A stretch of DNA of 64,000 nt from Octopus bimaculoides (Eukaryota). Below are positions 63,982 to 64,000 of the stretch, piece after piece. The stretch covers positions 42,898,115-42,962,114 of the forward strand of contig NC_068993.1 of NCBI RefSeq assembly GCF_001194135.2, given 5' to 3'. The notes under the pieces were generated by a model. The model saw only the letters and a program-made list of their open reading frames with translations, was not told the origin of the DNA and searched no databases. Position 1 is the stretch's first letter. Every line of letters starts with the position of its first letter. Position numbers and translations under genes: made by a program.

Positions 63982-64000
63982 TATTCACTTAACCATGAAA

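Overview
AT-rich, repeat-dense eukaryotic DNA with 12 assembly gaps (about 4 kb of N). The SINE families, microsatellite load and TE types point to an octopus (cephalopod) genome; this is inferred from recognising repeats, not from a search. I found no supportable host protein-coding gene, intact tRNA, rRNA or CRISPR array, so the window looks intronic or intergenic. Most long ORFs in the track come from microsatellites, N-runs or the antisense strand of TEs. Recognisable content: (i) an L1/Tx1-type LINE with its ORF1-end/endonuclease segment inverted between ORF1 and RT; (ii) a near full-length fossil hAT (SPIN/GTF2IRD2-like) transposase with a chimeric 3' triplication; (iii) Tc1, maT/DD37D-like and mariner fragments, two MITEs and a Helentron-type non-autonomous element; (iv) RTE and CR1/Jockey-like LINE fragments; (v) at least four tRNA-derived SINE families, one forming head-to-tail arrays; (vi) Penelope-like remnants. 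The most unusual object is the Penelope-like element at 57.3-58.0 kb, whose 3' pseudo-LTR has a tRNA-like Pol III promoter followed by a hammerhead ribozyme motif.
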